Assembly: GCA_043803945.1 (NCBI GenBank) | Contig: JAZDJN010000036.1 | Location: forward strand, 1-15,520 | DNA length: 15,520 nucleotides | Direction of reading: 5' to 3' | From: a bacterium | GTDB taxonomy: Bacteria; Bacteroidota; Ignavibacteria; UBA10030 | In this document: piece after piece, positions 14,266-15,520 of the stretch | How the letters are laid out: each line of letters opens with the position of its first letter | Numbering within the stretch: the stretch's first letter is position 1 | Position numbers and translations under genes: made by a program | The notes under the pieces: model-generated | Told to the model about the DNA's origin: nothing | The model's input: the letters and a program-made list of their open reading frames with translations, nothing else | The model's database searches: none

Positions 14266-15520
14266 TTAGCGAATCTGATTTCGAGGAATCATTGATTCAA
14301 ATTGCTGAATCCGCTTTCGAAGCTCCTTTGCCCAAGTATGATTAGGCTCCACTTTTTCAATAGCATCTAACCATAGCAAAGAGATTCCCGACTGATTAAC
14401 GTTGAATGCATAGAGAGCATTATCCCTGCTCATTCGGATGAAAATGGCCTTTAATTGAGGTGTTAAGCGGCTCTCGTTTGTTGGAAAAGTGAGCTCTGGA
14501 ATTTCCTTACATGGTATGGGGAGAACCTCTGGCGGCGTCAATTGGTATAACATACCCTGGGGAATTCTCTTGAATTTTGAACCAAATTCAATCTCAATTT
14601 CAGGGCCAACGTACACCGGCCGAGTCTTCATTGCCTGTTCAATTAGAGTATTAATCATCTGAACATAACGAGTTTCAATGACGCGAGGATCATAAGGCAA
14701 ATTATGCTCAAATTTATAAAGTTCTGCTAGAAAAGCATCCACTTCCGGCCAGGCTTTTTCGAAGAATTTAGGGTATCTCGACCGTAAGGAAATAAAATAC
14801 CAAGATCGCCTTAGAAGTTCTTTATCAATAATAATAACATCAGGTCTTACGTTTTGAACTGTCTGAAGATAGAGCGAAGCTGCAACAAAATAATCCCATT
14901 GATAGCTTAAAATCATTGCATTTGGCTGAACAGATAAGAAAATAAATTGCGAATAATCCCTCACAATAGTATTCTTCGATCCATCGACATTTTTGATATT
15001 ATTCAGGTATTGAATTAACGGAAAGATGAAAAAAATGAGATAGATTCGAGAGAAGGATCGGGGGACCTGTCTCAACAACGGATTAATAAGAATAATCAGA
15101 CCCACAACAAAGAATAAACCTGCTACAAGGAAAACAATGATAAAATAAGAATCGATATCGTGAATGTCATAGTTGATGGAATAGAGGATTCCCGTCACAA
15201 ATGAAATGGAGAAAAACCAAAAATAGTTCTTTTGAACATTCAGCAGTTTCAGGAAACCAACAAGGATAAAGGGAAGCAACAACCAGTGATACTCCGAAGG
15301 AAAATGATTAAGGAAATGATTGAATTGCTTCTCAGCACTTTCAAAACTCGAGAACATCCAACTTCGGTATTGCTTACCTGAAATATGCCAGAAGAATCTG
15401 GTGAGTTCGGCAGGATGCCCCCAATCGAGTAAAGGATTGGATGTGGAGCGAATTGGCAAGACGAGATATAAAGAACAACCGATGAAGAAAAATGGAATCG
15501 AACGTGATGCCAGAATTAGA
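14266..15520 (-). CDS. DUF2723/TMEM260-like polytopic membrane glycosyltransferase, 5' truncated by the window edge
   Basis: The frame is open to the window end (LILASRSIPFFFIGCSLYLVLPIRS...). Motifs YLVLPIRS..P..DWGHP, HISGKQY, DIDSYFI and YLQTVQNVRPDV, with several hydrophobic segments. Confidence 0.85.
   Translation of the reverse strand, partial: LILASRSIPFFFIGCSLYLVLPIRSTSNPLLDWGHPAELTRFFWHISGKQYRSWMFSSFESAEKQFNHFLNHFPSEYHWLLLPFILVGFLKLLNVQKNYFWFFSISFVTGILYSINYDIHDIDSYFIIVFLVAGLFFVVGLIILINPLLRQVPRSFSRIYLIFFIFPLIQYLNNIKNVDGSKNTIVRDYSQFIFLSVQPNAMILSYQWDYFVAASLYLQTVQNVRPDVIIIDKELLRRSWYFISLRSRYPKFFEKAWPEVDAFLAELYKFEHNLPYDPRVIETRYVQMINTLIEQAMKTRPVYVGPEIEIEFGSKFKRIPQGMLYQLTPPEVLPIPCKEIPELTFPTNESRLTPQLKAIFIRMSRDNALYAFNVNQSGISLLWLDAIEKVEPNHTWAKELRKRIQQFESMIPRNQIR

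Overview
Bacterial window; the gene content suggests an Ignavibacteria/Bacteroidota-like host, which is an inference. The right end (13962-15520) looks like core genome: a partial DUF2723/TMEM260-like membrane glycosyltransferase gene and a sigma70-type promoter driving tRNA-Thr(TGT), tRNA-Tyr(GTA) and tRNA-Gly(TCC). The tRNA-Gly breaks off in its anticodon stem and is followed by att-like repeats and a 37-codon tyrosine-integrase N-terminal remnant, so everything to its left is probably a decaying integrated island. The cargo includes a Cys-motif histidine kinase, a CheY-like receiver, a double-zinc-ribbon protein, a GspE/PilB-type ATPase and three leaderless minor-pilin-like genes behind a sigma54 promoter, the third apparently internally deleted. 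It also includes a divergent two-component operon (soluble 13-PAS HisKA_3 kinase plus NarL-type regulator), a GxxExxY PD-(D/E)XK-like gene and the 3' end of an IS4-family element. Two signals stand out. First, a tandem array of octamer-built imperfect hairpins has two empty units and a third unit carrying the GxxExxY gene in its loop, and related arms also bracket the two-component operon, like cassettes. Second, the 13 PAS modules are joined by a DNA junction that is conserved at synonymous sites.
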